32,000 nucleotides of DNA. It comes from Kineococcus radiotolerans SRS30216 = ATCC BAA-149. GTDB lineage: Bacteria; Actinomycetota; Actinomycetes; Actinomycetales; Kineococcaceae. The number at the start of each line of letters is the position of its first letter. Position 1 is the stretch's first letter. The notes below the pieces were generated by a model. That model ran no database searches. It saw only the letters and a program-made list of their open reading frames with translations, and was not told the origin of the DNA. The translations under genes were made by a program, and so were the position numbers. This document shows positions 24,524-31,893 of the stretch, in pieces. The stretch lies in the NCBI RefSeq assembly GCF_000017305.1, contig NC_009664.2:180001-212000 (forward strand), read 5' to 3'.

Positions 24524-24748
24524 ATGGAGGTGGTCCGCGTGCTCCTCGTCGTGTTCCTGGTCATCGCCGGGTCGATCTGGCTGGTCGTCGCCCTGGACCG
24601 CCGCCCACGGCGCGGCCCCTCCCGCACGCAGCACCACCACCACGGCTCCGCCTGGGCCTCCGACGGCGGGAGCGGCGCCTCCGGTGGCGGCTGGGGCGGC
24701 GGCGACGGTGGCGGCTGCGGTGACGGCGGGGGCGGCGGCGGTTGTTGA
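24524..24748 (+). CDS. Small single-pass membrane protein with a His4 and Gly/Cys-rich tail, 74 aa
   Basis: ATG at 24524 follows GGGAGG. It has one TM helix (VVRVLLVVFLVIAGSIWLVVAL), then RRPRR, HHHH and GGGWGGGDGGGCGDGGGGGGC. Confidence 0.55.
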   Translation: MEVVRVLLVVFLVIAGSIWLVVALDRRPRRGPSRTQHHHHGSAWASDGGSGASGGGWGGGDGGGCGDGGGGGGC

Positions 24749-24901
24749 GGCCCGCACCGCGGGACCGCTCACCCGCCGTGCTCGGCGGCGCCCGGGACGC
24801 GCGGCGCTGAGCACCACCGGAGCCGCGGGAGGTGAGGTCCCCACCGGCCTCGGGCCCGCCCACCCGACGCACCGCGATCCCCGTTCCGCGAACCCCGCCC
24901 C

Positions 24902-24937
24902 TTGACCCTCACACCGTGTCAGCCTCCACGGTGGAGG
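24902..24937 (+). promoter_or_regulatory. MerR-type promoter/operator P1: TTGACC-N19-CACGGT with dyads
   Basis: TTGACC (24902-24907) is followed by a 19-nt spacer and CACGGT (24927-24932). The dyad TGACCC-N7-GTGTCA lies at 24903-24921 and the perfect palindrome CCTCCAC-G-GTGGAGG at 24923-24937. ATG follows at 24942. Confidence 0.5.
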
Positions 24938-24941
24938 TGCC

Positions 24942-25802
24942 ATGTTCAGCATCGGGGAGTTCGCCACCATCGCCCGGGTGTCGGTGCGCGTGCTGCGCCA
25001 CTACGACGCCCTGGGTCTGCTGCCGCCCGCGGCCGTGGACCCGGCCACCGGCTACCGCTCGTACAGCGCCGCCCAGCTCGCCCGTCTCAACCGCGTCCTG
25101 GCCCTGAAGGACTTGGGGCTGACGCTCCAGCAGGTCCGGGCCGTCCTGGACGAGGAGGTCGGCGTGCAGGAGCTGCACGGGATGCTTCGGCTGCGCCGGG
25201 CGGAACTGACGGAGCAGGTCGCGGCCGACACCGCGCGACTGCGGGCGGTGGAGGTGAGGCTCCAGGTGATCGAGGAGGAGGGCACCATGGGAACCCAGGA
25301 CGTCATCGTCAAGGACACCGATCCCGTGCGCGTCGCGGAACTGTCCGCGGTGGCCGCGAGCTTCGAACCGGACCACATCGGCCCCGTCATCCAGCCCCTG
25401 TACGGGGAGCTGTACCGCAGGCTCGCGCAGGCGGGCATCCAGTCCGCCGGACCGGGCGTCGCCTGGTACGAGCACGTCGACGGGGGCGACGGCGAGGAGG
25501 GTGAGGCCGTGCGCGTGCACGCCGGGGTCGTGGTCGCCGCGCAGGAGCAGGCCCGCGGCGGCGTGCAGGTCACCGACCGGCCCGGGGTGCGGGCCGCGAC
25601 GATCGTCCACCACGGCCCGATGGACGGGGTGGACGCCACCTGGCAGGTCCTCGCGCGCTGGGTCGCCGACAGCGGTCACCGGCCGCTGGGTCTGGGCGGG
25701 GAGGTGTACCTGGACTACTGCCCCGAGGACCCCGCCGACGGGGTCACCGAACTGCAGATCCCCATCGCCCCGGCCGCCGGCGACCGGCAGGACAGGACCT
25801 AG
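24942..25802 (+). CDS. MerR family transcriptional regulator with a GyrI-like effector-binding domain (BmrR-like architecture)
   Basis: The N-terminal HTH FSIGEFATIARVSVRVLRHYDALGLL is followed by a coiled-coil linker. The C-terminal half of about 150 aa looks GyrI-like (VAWYEH..., ...EVYLDY). Confidence 0.9.
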   Translation: MFSIGEFATIARVSVRVLRHYDALGLLPPAAVDPATGYRSYSAAQLARLNRVLALKDLGLTLQQVRAVLDEEVGVQELHGMLRLRRAELTEQVAADTARLRAVEVRLQVIEEEGTMGTQDVIVKDTDPVRVAELSAVAASFEPDHIGPVIQPLYGELYRRLAQAGIQSAGPGVAWYEHVDGGDGEEGEAVRVHAGVVVAAQEQARGGVQVTDRPGVRAATIVHHGPMDGVDATWQVLARWVADSGHRPLGLGGEVYLDYCPEDPADGVTELQIPIAPAAGDRQDRT

Positions 25803-25895
25803 CCGGAGGGCGGCCCCTCCCGGCGACGCACGCCGGATCGCCTGCGGCGGAGACGTCCCGGCGCCGGACGTCACGACGGGGCCCCAGCCCCGGCG

Positions 25896-25935
25896 GTGGA
25901 GGCTTGACCCTGACGCTGGGTCAGGCCTCCACGCT
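25896..25935 (+). promoter_or_regulatory. MerR-type promoter/operator P2: TTGACC-N20-CACGCT embedded in a 15-nt-arm inverted repeat
   Basis: GTGGAGGCTTGACCC (25896-25910) and GGGTCAGGCCTCCAC (25918-25932) are complementary at 14 of 15 positions. TTGACC lies at 25904-25909 and CACGCT at 25930-25935, then 6 nt to ATG 25942. Confidence 0.55.
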
Positions 25936-25941
25936 GACGCC

Positions 25942-26763
25942 ATGACAGCAGCCATCAAGACCACCGGGCTCAGGAAGTCCTACGGCGAGCGCACGGTGCT
26001 CGACGGGTTCGACCTGACCGTGGCCCCCGGCACGATCTTCGCCTTGCTGGGTCCCAACGGGGCCGGCAAGACCACGGCGGTGCGGATCCTCTCGACCCTG
26101 CTCACCGCCGACGGCGGCACCGCCACCGTCGCCGGCTACGACGTCGCCACCCACCCCGCCCAGGTGCGCGCCCGCATCAGCCTCACCGGGCAGTTCGCCG
26201 CCGTCGACGACGTCCTCACCGGACGGGAGAACCTCGTCCTCGTCGCCGAACTGCGCGGCCTGCGGAAACCCGCCGCGATCGCCGACACCTCGCTCGCCCG
26301 CTTCGCGCTGACCGACGCGGCCCGGCGCAGGGTGGCGACCTACTCCGGCGGGATGCGCCGCCGCCTCGACATCGCGATGAGCCTGATCGGCGATCCTCCG
26401 GTCGTCTTCCTCGACGAGCCCACGACGGGGCTGGACCCGCAGGCGCGCCTCGAGGTCTGGCGCAGCGTCCGCGAGCTCGCCGGGCGCGGCACGACCGTGC
26501 TGCTGACCACGCAGCACCTCGAGGAGGCCGAGCAGCTGGCCGAGCGCCTGGCGATCCTGCACCGGGGCCGCACCGTCGCCGAGGGCACGCTGGACGAGCT
26601 GAAGCGGCTCGTGCCGCCGGCCGGGGAGCGCGCCGGGGAGCGACGGACCCTCGAGGACGTCTTCCTGGCCCTCGTCGGCCACGACGACCACGACAACCAC
26701 GACAACCACGACGCCGACCAGGACGTCGACCACGACGCCGCGCACGGACGGGAGAACCGGTGA
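25942..26763 (+). CDS. ABC transporter ATP-binding protein (DrrA-like, ABC-2 subfamily) with a His/Asp-rich C-terminal tail
   Basis: Walker A GPNGAGKTT, signature YSGGMRRRL and Walker B VVFLDEPTTGLD are present. The tail reads GHDDHDNHDNHDADQDVDHDAAHG. Confidence 0.9.
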   Translation: MTAAIKTTGLRKSYGERTVLDGFDLTVAPGTIFALLGPNGAGKTTAVRILSTLLTADGGTATVAGYDVATHPAQVRARISLTGQFAAVDDVLTGRENLVLVAELRGLRKPAAIADTSLARFALTDAARRRVATYSGGMRRRLDIAMSLIGDPPVVFLDEPTTGLDPQARLEVWRSVRELAGRGTTVLLTTQHLEEAEQLAERLAILHRGRTVAEGTLDELKRLVPPAGERAGERRTLEDVFLALVGHDDHDNHDNHDADQDVDHDAAHGRENR

Positions 26764-27569
26764 TGACCACGACGACGACCACGGATCGGGCACCGCAGCC
26801 GGCGCTGAAGGACCCGCGCCTCCTGCGCGACACCACCGTCCTGCTCAAGCGCTGCCTGCGCCACGTCCTGCGCAGCCCGGACACCATCGTCACCACCGCG
26901 GTCACCCCGGTCGCGCTGCTGCTGCTGTTCGTGTACGTCTTCGGCGGCGCGATCGAGGCGGGGGACGGCCGCTACGTCGACTACCTGCTCCCCGGGGTCC
27001 TGCTCATCACCGTCGCCTCCGGTGTCGCCTACACCGCCTTCCGCCTCCACACCGACGTCGCCGGTGGGCTCTCCGAACGCTTCCGGTCCATGCCGATCGC
27101 GCGCTCGGCGCTGCTGTGGGCCCACGTCCTGACCTCGGTCGTCGCGAACCTGCTGTCCCTGGCCCTGGTCGTGCTCATCGCCGTCCTGATCGGTTTCCGC
27201 TCCAGCGCCGGGGTGCTGGCCTGGCTCGCCGTCGCGGGGATCCTGGTGCTGTTCGTCCTGGCGTTGACGTGGCTGGCGGTCGTCCCCGGGCTGCTGGCGA
27301 AGTCGGTGGACGGGGTGAGCGGCTTCTCCTACCCGCTGATCTTCCTGCCGTTCATCAGTTCGGCCTTCGTGCCCACCGACGGCATGCCCGGGCCCGTGCG
27401 GTGGTTCGCCCGGAACCAGCCGGTCACCCCCATCGTGGACACCCTGCGCGACCTGCTGGCCGGGCGCCCCGCCGGCGACGAGGGCTGGGTTGCGCTGGCG
27501 TGGTGCCTGGGGCTGCTGGTCGTGGCCCACGCGCTCGCGGTGCTCACCTACCGCCGCAGGATCGGGTGA
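26760..27569 (+). CDS. ABC-2 type transporter permease (DrrB-like)
   Basis: GTG at 26760 overlaps the upstream stop (GTGA). About six hydrophobic segments are visible and the length is typical of ABC-2 permeases. Confidence 0.85.
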   Translation: MMTTTTTTDRAPQPALKDPRLLRDTTVLLKRCLRHVLRSPDTIVTTAVTPVALLLLFVYVFGGAIEAGDGRYVDYLLPGVLLITVASGVAYTAFRLHTDVAGGLSERFRSMPIARSALLWAHVLTSVVANLLSLALVVLIAVLIGFRSSAGVLAWLAVAGILVLFVLALTWLAVVPGLLAKSVDGVSGFSYPLIFLPFISSAFVPTDGMPGPVRWFARNQPVTPIVDTLRDLLAGRPAGDEGWVALAWCLGLLVVAHALAVLTYRRRIG

Positions 27570-27611
27570 ACCGGTGGCCGCGGGGACGGTGCCGGACCCC
27601 GGGTGGACTCG

Positions 27612-27617
27612 TAGGGT
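27612..27617 (+). promoter_or_regulatory. -10-like TAGGGT for a leaderless transcript of the second MerR gene
   Basis: TAGGGT ends 6 nt before ATG 27624 and there is no SD. Confidence 0.4.
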
Positions 27618-27623
27618 TCCGGC

Positions 27624-28418
27624 ATGCTGACCATCAGCCAGCTCGCCTCCTACGCCGGGGTGACGGTCCGCGCGGTCCGGCACTACCACGCCAAGGGCCT
27701 GCTGCCGGAGCCGGAGCGCGACCGTTCCGGCTACCGCCGCTACGACGCCGTAGCCGTGGTGGAACTCATCAGGATCCGCACCCTGGCCGAGGCCGGGGTA
27801 CCGCTCTCCCGGGTGCAGGAACTGCTGGACGCGGGCCCGGAGGAGTTCTCCGCGGCCGTCGCCGACGTCGACGAACGCCTGCGCGCCGAGATCCGCGAAC
27901 GCCGGCGCCACCGCGAGCGCATCGCCCAGCTCGCGGCCGGTGACAGCCTGGCGCTGCCGCCGGAGGCGGTGGCCTACCTGCAGCGCATGCGTGAGCTGGG
28001 TTTCCGCGAGCGGCTGATCGAGGTCGAGCGCGACAGCTGGATCCTCATCGCCGCCCGGATGCCGCACGAGGTGCCGGCGTTCATGGCGATCAAGCAGGCG
28101 CAGATCGAGCACGAGACGTTGCGCCGGCTGTACCTGGACATGGGCGACCTGGCCGACTGCTCGTCCGACGACCCGCGGTTGCCGGAACTGGCCGACCGGG
28201 TGACCGCCTTCATCGAGGCCGCGGCCGCCGCGTCGGCGGGGATGGAGGACCAGCCGATCAGCGACGACCTCGTCGAGCTGCTCGACGCCGCCTTCGTGCA
28301 GTCCTTCCCGTGCGCCCCGCGGTTGCTGACGCTGCTGGAGGAACGGGGCTGGACCGGCTGGACCGACGTCCGGCGCCTGGAACCCGCCGCCGCCCCGACC
28401 CGCTCCGTGGGAGGCTGA
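27624..28418 (+). CDS. MerR family transcriptional regulator (long C-terminal domain)
   Basis: The HTH LTISQLASYAGVTVRAVRHYHAKGLLPEPERDRSGYRRY is present, with a 264-aa total length. Confidence 0.85.
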   Translation: MLTISQLASYAGVTVRAVRHYHAKGLLPEPERDRSGYRRYDAVAVVELIRIRTLAEAGVPLSRVQELLDAGPEEFSAAVADVDERLRAEIRERRRHRERIAQLAAGDSLALPPEAVAYLQRMRELGFRERLIEVERDSWILIAARMPHEVPAFMAIKQAQIEHETLRRLYLDMGDLADCSSDDPRLPELADRVTAFIEAAAAASAGMEDQPISDDLVELLDAAFVQSFPCAPRLLTLLEERGWTGWTDVRRLEPAAAPTRSVGG

Positions 28419-28458
28419 CCGCCGGACCGACCGACCGCGCGGAGGGGAACCACCGGAC

Positions 28459-29379
28459 GTGCCGACGACACCCACCCCCCGGCTCAGCGGGCTGAGCGCC
28501 TTCCCGCTCACCCCGCTGCACGACGACGTCCTGGACCGGGCCGCCCTCGCCGGTCTCGTCACCCGGCTGGTCACCGCCGGGGTCGACTCCCTCACCGTCC
28601 TGGGGTCGACCGGCTCCTACGCCTACCTCTCCCGGGAGGAACGGGCCGAGGTCGCCCGCACCGCCGTCGAGCACGCCGGGGACGTCCCCGTCCTGGTCGG
28701 GATCGGCGCGCTGCGCACCCGCGACGTCCGTGCCCTCGCCGAGGACGCGCAGGACGCCGGGGCGGCGGGGGTGCTGCTGGCTCCGCTGACCTACCAGCAG
28801 CACACCGAGGACGACGTGTTCGGCCTCTACCGCGACGTCACCGCCGACCTCGACGTCCCGCTGGTCGTCTACGACAACCCCGGCACCACGCGCTTCACGT
28901 TCACCGACGAGCTGTACCGGCGCATCGGTGCGCTGCCCCGGGTCGCCTCCCTCAAGATCCCGCCGCTGCCGGCGGACCCGGCCGCGGCCGCCGGCCGCGT
29001 GGCGCAGCTGCGCGCCCTGCTGCCCGAGCACGTGAGCATCGGCATCTCCGGCGACGCGGCCGCCGCGACCGGCCTGGCCGCCGGTTGCGACCTCTGGTAC
29101 TCCGTGATCGCCGGCACCCTGCCCGAGCCCGCGCTGGCCCTCACCCGCGCCGTCCGAGCCGGGGACGCCGACGGGGCACGGGCGCAGTCCGAACGGCTGC
29201 GACCGCTGTGGGACCTGTTCGCCCGCCACGGGAGCCTGCGGGTGACGGCCGCCGTCGCCGAGCACCTCCGCCTCGCCCGGCGCTCCTGCCTGCCCCTGCC
29301 GATCCGGGGGCTGGACGAGGCCGCGCGCGCCGAGGTCGCCGACGTCGTGGACCGGTTGGCCCCGCACCCCGCGCCCTGA
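28459..29379 (+). CDS. Dihydrodipicolinate synthase/N-acetylneuraminate lyase family protein (class I aldolase)
   Basis: FPLTPL..., VLGSTGSYAYLSREER, VVYDNPGTT and the candidate Schiff-base lysine in ASLKIP are present. Confidence 0.85.
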   Translation: MPTTPTPRLSGLSAFPLTPLHDDVLDRAALAGLVTRLVTAGVDSLTVLGSTGSYAYLSREERAEVARTAVEHAGDVPVLVGIGALRTRDVRALAEDAQDAGAAGVLLAPLTYQQHTEDDVFGLYRDVTADLDVPLVVYDNPGTTRFTFTDELYRRIGALPRVASLKIPPLPADPAAAAGRVAQLRALLPEHVSIGISGDAAAATGLAAGCDLWYSVIAGTLPEPALALTRAVRAGDADGARAQSERLRPLWDLFARHGSLRVTAAVAEHLRLARRSCLPLPIRGLDEAARAEVADVVDRLAPHPAP

Positions 29380-29464
29380 CCGCCGCGGAGGACGCCGACG
29401 ACGGTTCGCCTCGACCCCCCGGAGCCCGTGTGGGAAGCTCGGGAGCGAACCCGGCGCAGGGTTC

Positions 29465-29504
29465 CCGGACGAGGGTGCCGTACCCGGTGTGCGACAAGAC
29501 GGCC
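29465..29504 (+). promoter_or_regulatory. Guanidine-III riboswitch (ykkC-III motif)
   Basis: CCGGACGAGGGUGCCGUACCCGGUGUGCGACAAGACGGCC matches the remembered class consensus CCGGACGAGG..CCGUACCCGGU....ACAAGACGG. Pseudoknot pairings are available: CCGG 29465-68 with CCGG 29484-87, and GCCGU 29477-81 with ACGGC 29499-503. It lies immediately 5' of SD GGAGG (29508-12) and GTG 29518 of an SMR exporter. Confidence 0.85.
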
Positions 29505-29517
29505 TGCGGAGGTCGTC

Positions 29518-29832
29518 GTGTCGTGGTTCGTCCTGGTGGTCTCGGGCGTCCTGGAAGCGGTGTGGGCCACCGCCTTGAGCAGGACCGAGGGTTTCACCCG
29601 GCTCGGTCCTTCGCTGGTCTTCGCCCTCGCGCTGGTGGCGAGCATGCTCGGGCTGGCGTTCGCGATGCGCGACCTGCCGGTGGGCACCGCCTACGCGGTG
29701 TGGGTGGGGATCGGGGCGGTCCTCACCGTCGTCCACGCCATGGCGACGGGTGCGGAGCCCGCGTCGGCGCTGAGGATCCTCTTCCTCGCGATGATCGTCG
29801 GTGGCGTGGTCGGGCTCAAGTTCACCCACTGA
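29518..29832 (+). CDS. sugE: SMR-family guanidinium exporter (SugE/Gdx)
   Basis: The 104-aa protein has four TM segments, with the conserved membrane Glu in VSGVLEAVWATAL and AYAVWVGIGAV. GTG lies 5 nt after GGAGG, directly downstream of the guanidine-III riboswitch. Confidence 0.9.
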   Translation: MSWFVLVVSGVLEAVWATALSRTEGFTRLGPSLVFALALVASMLGLAFAMRDLPVGTAYAVWVGIGAVLTVVHAMATGAEPASALRILFLAMIVGGVVGLKFTH

Positions 29833-29910
29833 CCCCGGCTCGGGGACCGGCTGCGACCGGCAGCCCGGAACCCCCGTCCCCGGGACCGCCGGACCGCGGC
29901 GGCCGGTTCC

Positions 29911-31749
29911 TCACGCCGCAGGGCGGCGGACGACCAGGGCCAGGCAGTCGTCGTCGTCGCGCGCGCAGGTCACGACGTCGGTCAGCAACCGCTCCACGAA
30001 CTCCTGCACGGGCACCCGGGCCAGGCTCGCGGCGGTGCCGGCCAGCTCCCGCAGACCCGCGTCGATGTCGCGGGTGCCTTCGACGAGCCCGTCGGTGTAC
30101 AGCACCAGGCTCTCCCCGGCGGCGAGCACCGCTTCGGCGACGGCGCAGCTGCCCGGCGAGGGGTACCCGATCCCCCGCCCCTCCGCGGTGATCTCGCGCG
30201 CGCCGTCGGCGCCGACGAGGATCGCCGGCGGGTGCCCGCCCCCGGCCAGGCGCAGCCGGCCGCTCGCCGGGTCCAGGACGGCGATGAGCACGGTGGCCAT
30301 CAGCTCCGGGTGCGTGACCTCCAGCACCGCCGCGGCCCGGGCGACCAGCTCACCCAGCGGGCACCCGGCGACGGCGAGGGTCCGCACCGTGGTGGTCACC
30401 GCCAGCGCCTCGCCGGTGGCGGCGGTGCCCCGGCCCATCGCGTCGACCACGATGAGCAGGACCTCGCCCGAGGGCAGCCGCAGCCAGTCGTAGAGGTCCC
30501 CGCCGGCCGGCGCGCTGGCCGCCGGCTCGTAGGCCACCGCCGCCTCCAGACCCGCCACGCGCAGCGCCGGGGGCCGCACCGCGGCCGACAGCGCCGCGAC
30601 GTCCTCGCGCTGAGCGCGTTCGCGCGCGGTCGAGTCGACCAAGGCGCGTTCGGCGTCCTGCGCGCGAACGGTGCTGGACAGGTCCCGCAGGGTGACGACG
30701 GCCCGTACCCGGTCGTCGCGACCCTCGCCGAGGTGACCGCCGGGCACGGGCGCGACCGTGATGGCCACCGGGGTGCAGCGGTCGCCGCGGCGGACGCTGC
30801 CGCGCCGGGTCGAGACGTGCCCCCCGGCCGCCCGCGCCGGGCCGGGCACGTAGCCGTCCACCAGCTCCTCCAGCCGACGGCCGGTCACGGGAGCGGCGTC
30901 GCGCGCTCCCCCGGGCAGGGGGTCCCGGGCCGGGGGGACCGGAGCCAGCAGCTGCAGCGCGGCCGGGTTGGCCTCCAGCACGCGGCCCTGCTCGTCCAGG
31001 GCCACGATGCCGTCAGCCACCGTGCCCACGATGAGGCGGCTGCGGGCGCCGAGCTCGCTCAGGCGGCCCCGGACCAGCTCGTCGGCTCGCCAGGAGGCGA
31101 CGCCGACGGCCGCGGCGAGGGCCAGCAGCCCGCCGTGGACCAGGGCCCACCGCCACGGGTGCTCCTGCGCGGCGGGGTGGTTGAAGATGGGGTGCCCCGG
31201 CGCGGAAGCGAGCACGCCGTGGTGCAGCACGACGAAGCCGATGGCCGTCAGGAACGGCGCCCACGTCTGGTAGGCGGCGCCGGCGCCGACGGCGACGAAG
31301 AAGAGGAAGTGCGCCTCGGTCAGCCCGTGGCTGAGGTGCACCGCCACCGCCGAGGCGGTCATGAGGGCCAGCATCACCGCGGACGAGGCCGCTTCCCGCC
31401 TCCACCGCCGGCTGCCCGCGCCGGCGCCCACGTCGACGCCGCCCGCGCCGGCGTCGGCGTCGGCGCCCGGGCGGGATCCGAGGCCGATGGTGGCCAGGCT
31501 GCCCAGCAGCGCGGCCGCGGCGATGGGCAGGCAGTCCAGCAGGGCGTGCCCCACGCCCTGGGCGACGGTCGCCCACCCGAAGGTCGCCAGGCAGACCAGC
31601 CAGGTCGCGATCAGGAAGCTGCGGTGGCGCGTCATCCAGACGTCGTCGGGCAGGGGGGTGCCGTGCGGCAGCAGCCGGCCCCGCTCCCGGCGGACGTGCG
31701 TCCGGCGATCCCGTTCGTGCGCCGTCGCCTCGACGGTCGTGACGTGCAC
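29911..31749 (-). CDS. Membrane-anchored sensor phosphatase: polytopic N-terminal domain - PAS - SpoIIE/PP2C
   Basis: GTG at 31749 lies 7 nt after GGAGGG. Several N-terminal TM segments contain multiple His. A PAS-like block (IVGTVADGIVALDEQGRVLEANPAA) is followed by the PP2C motifs GGDLYDW, VVDAMGRG and LVLYTDGLVE. Confidence 0.85.
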   Translation of the reverse strand: MHVTTVEATAHERDRRTHVRRERGRLLPHGTPLPDDVWMTRHRSFLIATWLVCLATFGWATVAQGVGHALLDCLPIAAAALLGSLATIGLGSRPGADADAGAGGVDVGAGAGSRRWRREAASSAVMLALMTASAVAVHLSHGLTEAHFLFFVAVGAGAAYQTWAPFLTAIGFVVLHHGVLASAPGHPIFNHPAAQEHPWRWALVHGGLLALAAAVGVASWRADELVRGRLSELGARSRLIVGTVADGIVALDEQGRVLEANPAALQLLAPVPPARDPLPGGARDAAPVTGRRLEELVDGYVPGPARAAGGHVSTRRGSVRRGDRCTPVAITVAPVPGGHLGEGRDDRVRAVVTLRDLSSTVRAQDAERALVDSTARERAQREDVAALSAAVRPPALRVAGLEAAVAYEPAASAPAGGDLYDWLRLPSGEVLLIVVDAMGRGTAATGEALAVTTTVRTLAVAGCPLGELVARAAAVLEVTHPELMATVLIAVLDPASGRLRLAGGGHPPAILVGADGAREITAEGRGIGYPSPGSCAVAEAVLAAGESLVLYTDGLVEGTRDIDAGLRELAGTAASLARVPVQEFVERLLTDVVTCARDDDDCLALVVRRPAA

Positions 31750-31830
31750 GTCTCAGCCCTCCGGGTGCGGTGGGAGTGGACCCTCCCCCACCGCCTCATC
31801 GGCAGGTCCCGCCCACACCTTGATAGCCCG

Positions 31831-31860
31831 GCCCGGTGAGCCCCGGTGAGCCCCGGTGCC
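31831..31860 (+). repeat. Three tandem 10-nt units (g/c)CCCGGTGAG/CC
   Basis: The sequence gcccggtgag ccccggtgag ccccggtgcc is read directly, in the spacer between two minus-strand genes. Confidence 0.6.
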
Positions 31861-31893
31861 GCCCGGCCCGGCCCGCGGACGGCGGGGCCGGGC
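31861..31893 (-). terminator. GC-rich hairpin immediately after the stop of the partial GGDEF gene
   Basis: GCCCGGCC (31861-68) pairs with GGCCGGGC (31886-93), with further inner GCCCGC/GCGGG pairing. There is no U-tract. Confidence 0.35.

Noticed and set aside
20780-24970. 1396-aa ORF on the minus strand
   Set aside because: It runs antisense to four well-supported plus-strand genes (GGDEF-EAL, acidic protein, secreted protein, mini membrane protein). Its composition is Arg/Pro/Gly/Ala-rich with no domain motifs. It is a typical stop-codon-poor artefact of GC-rich DNA.
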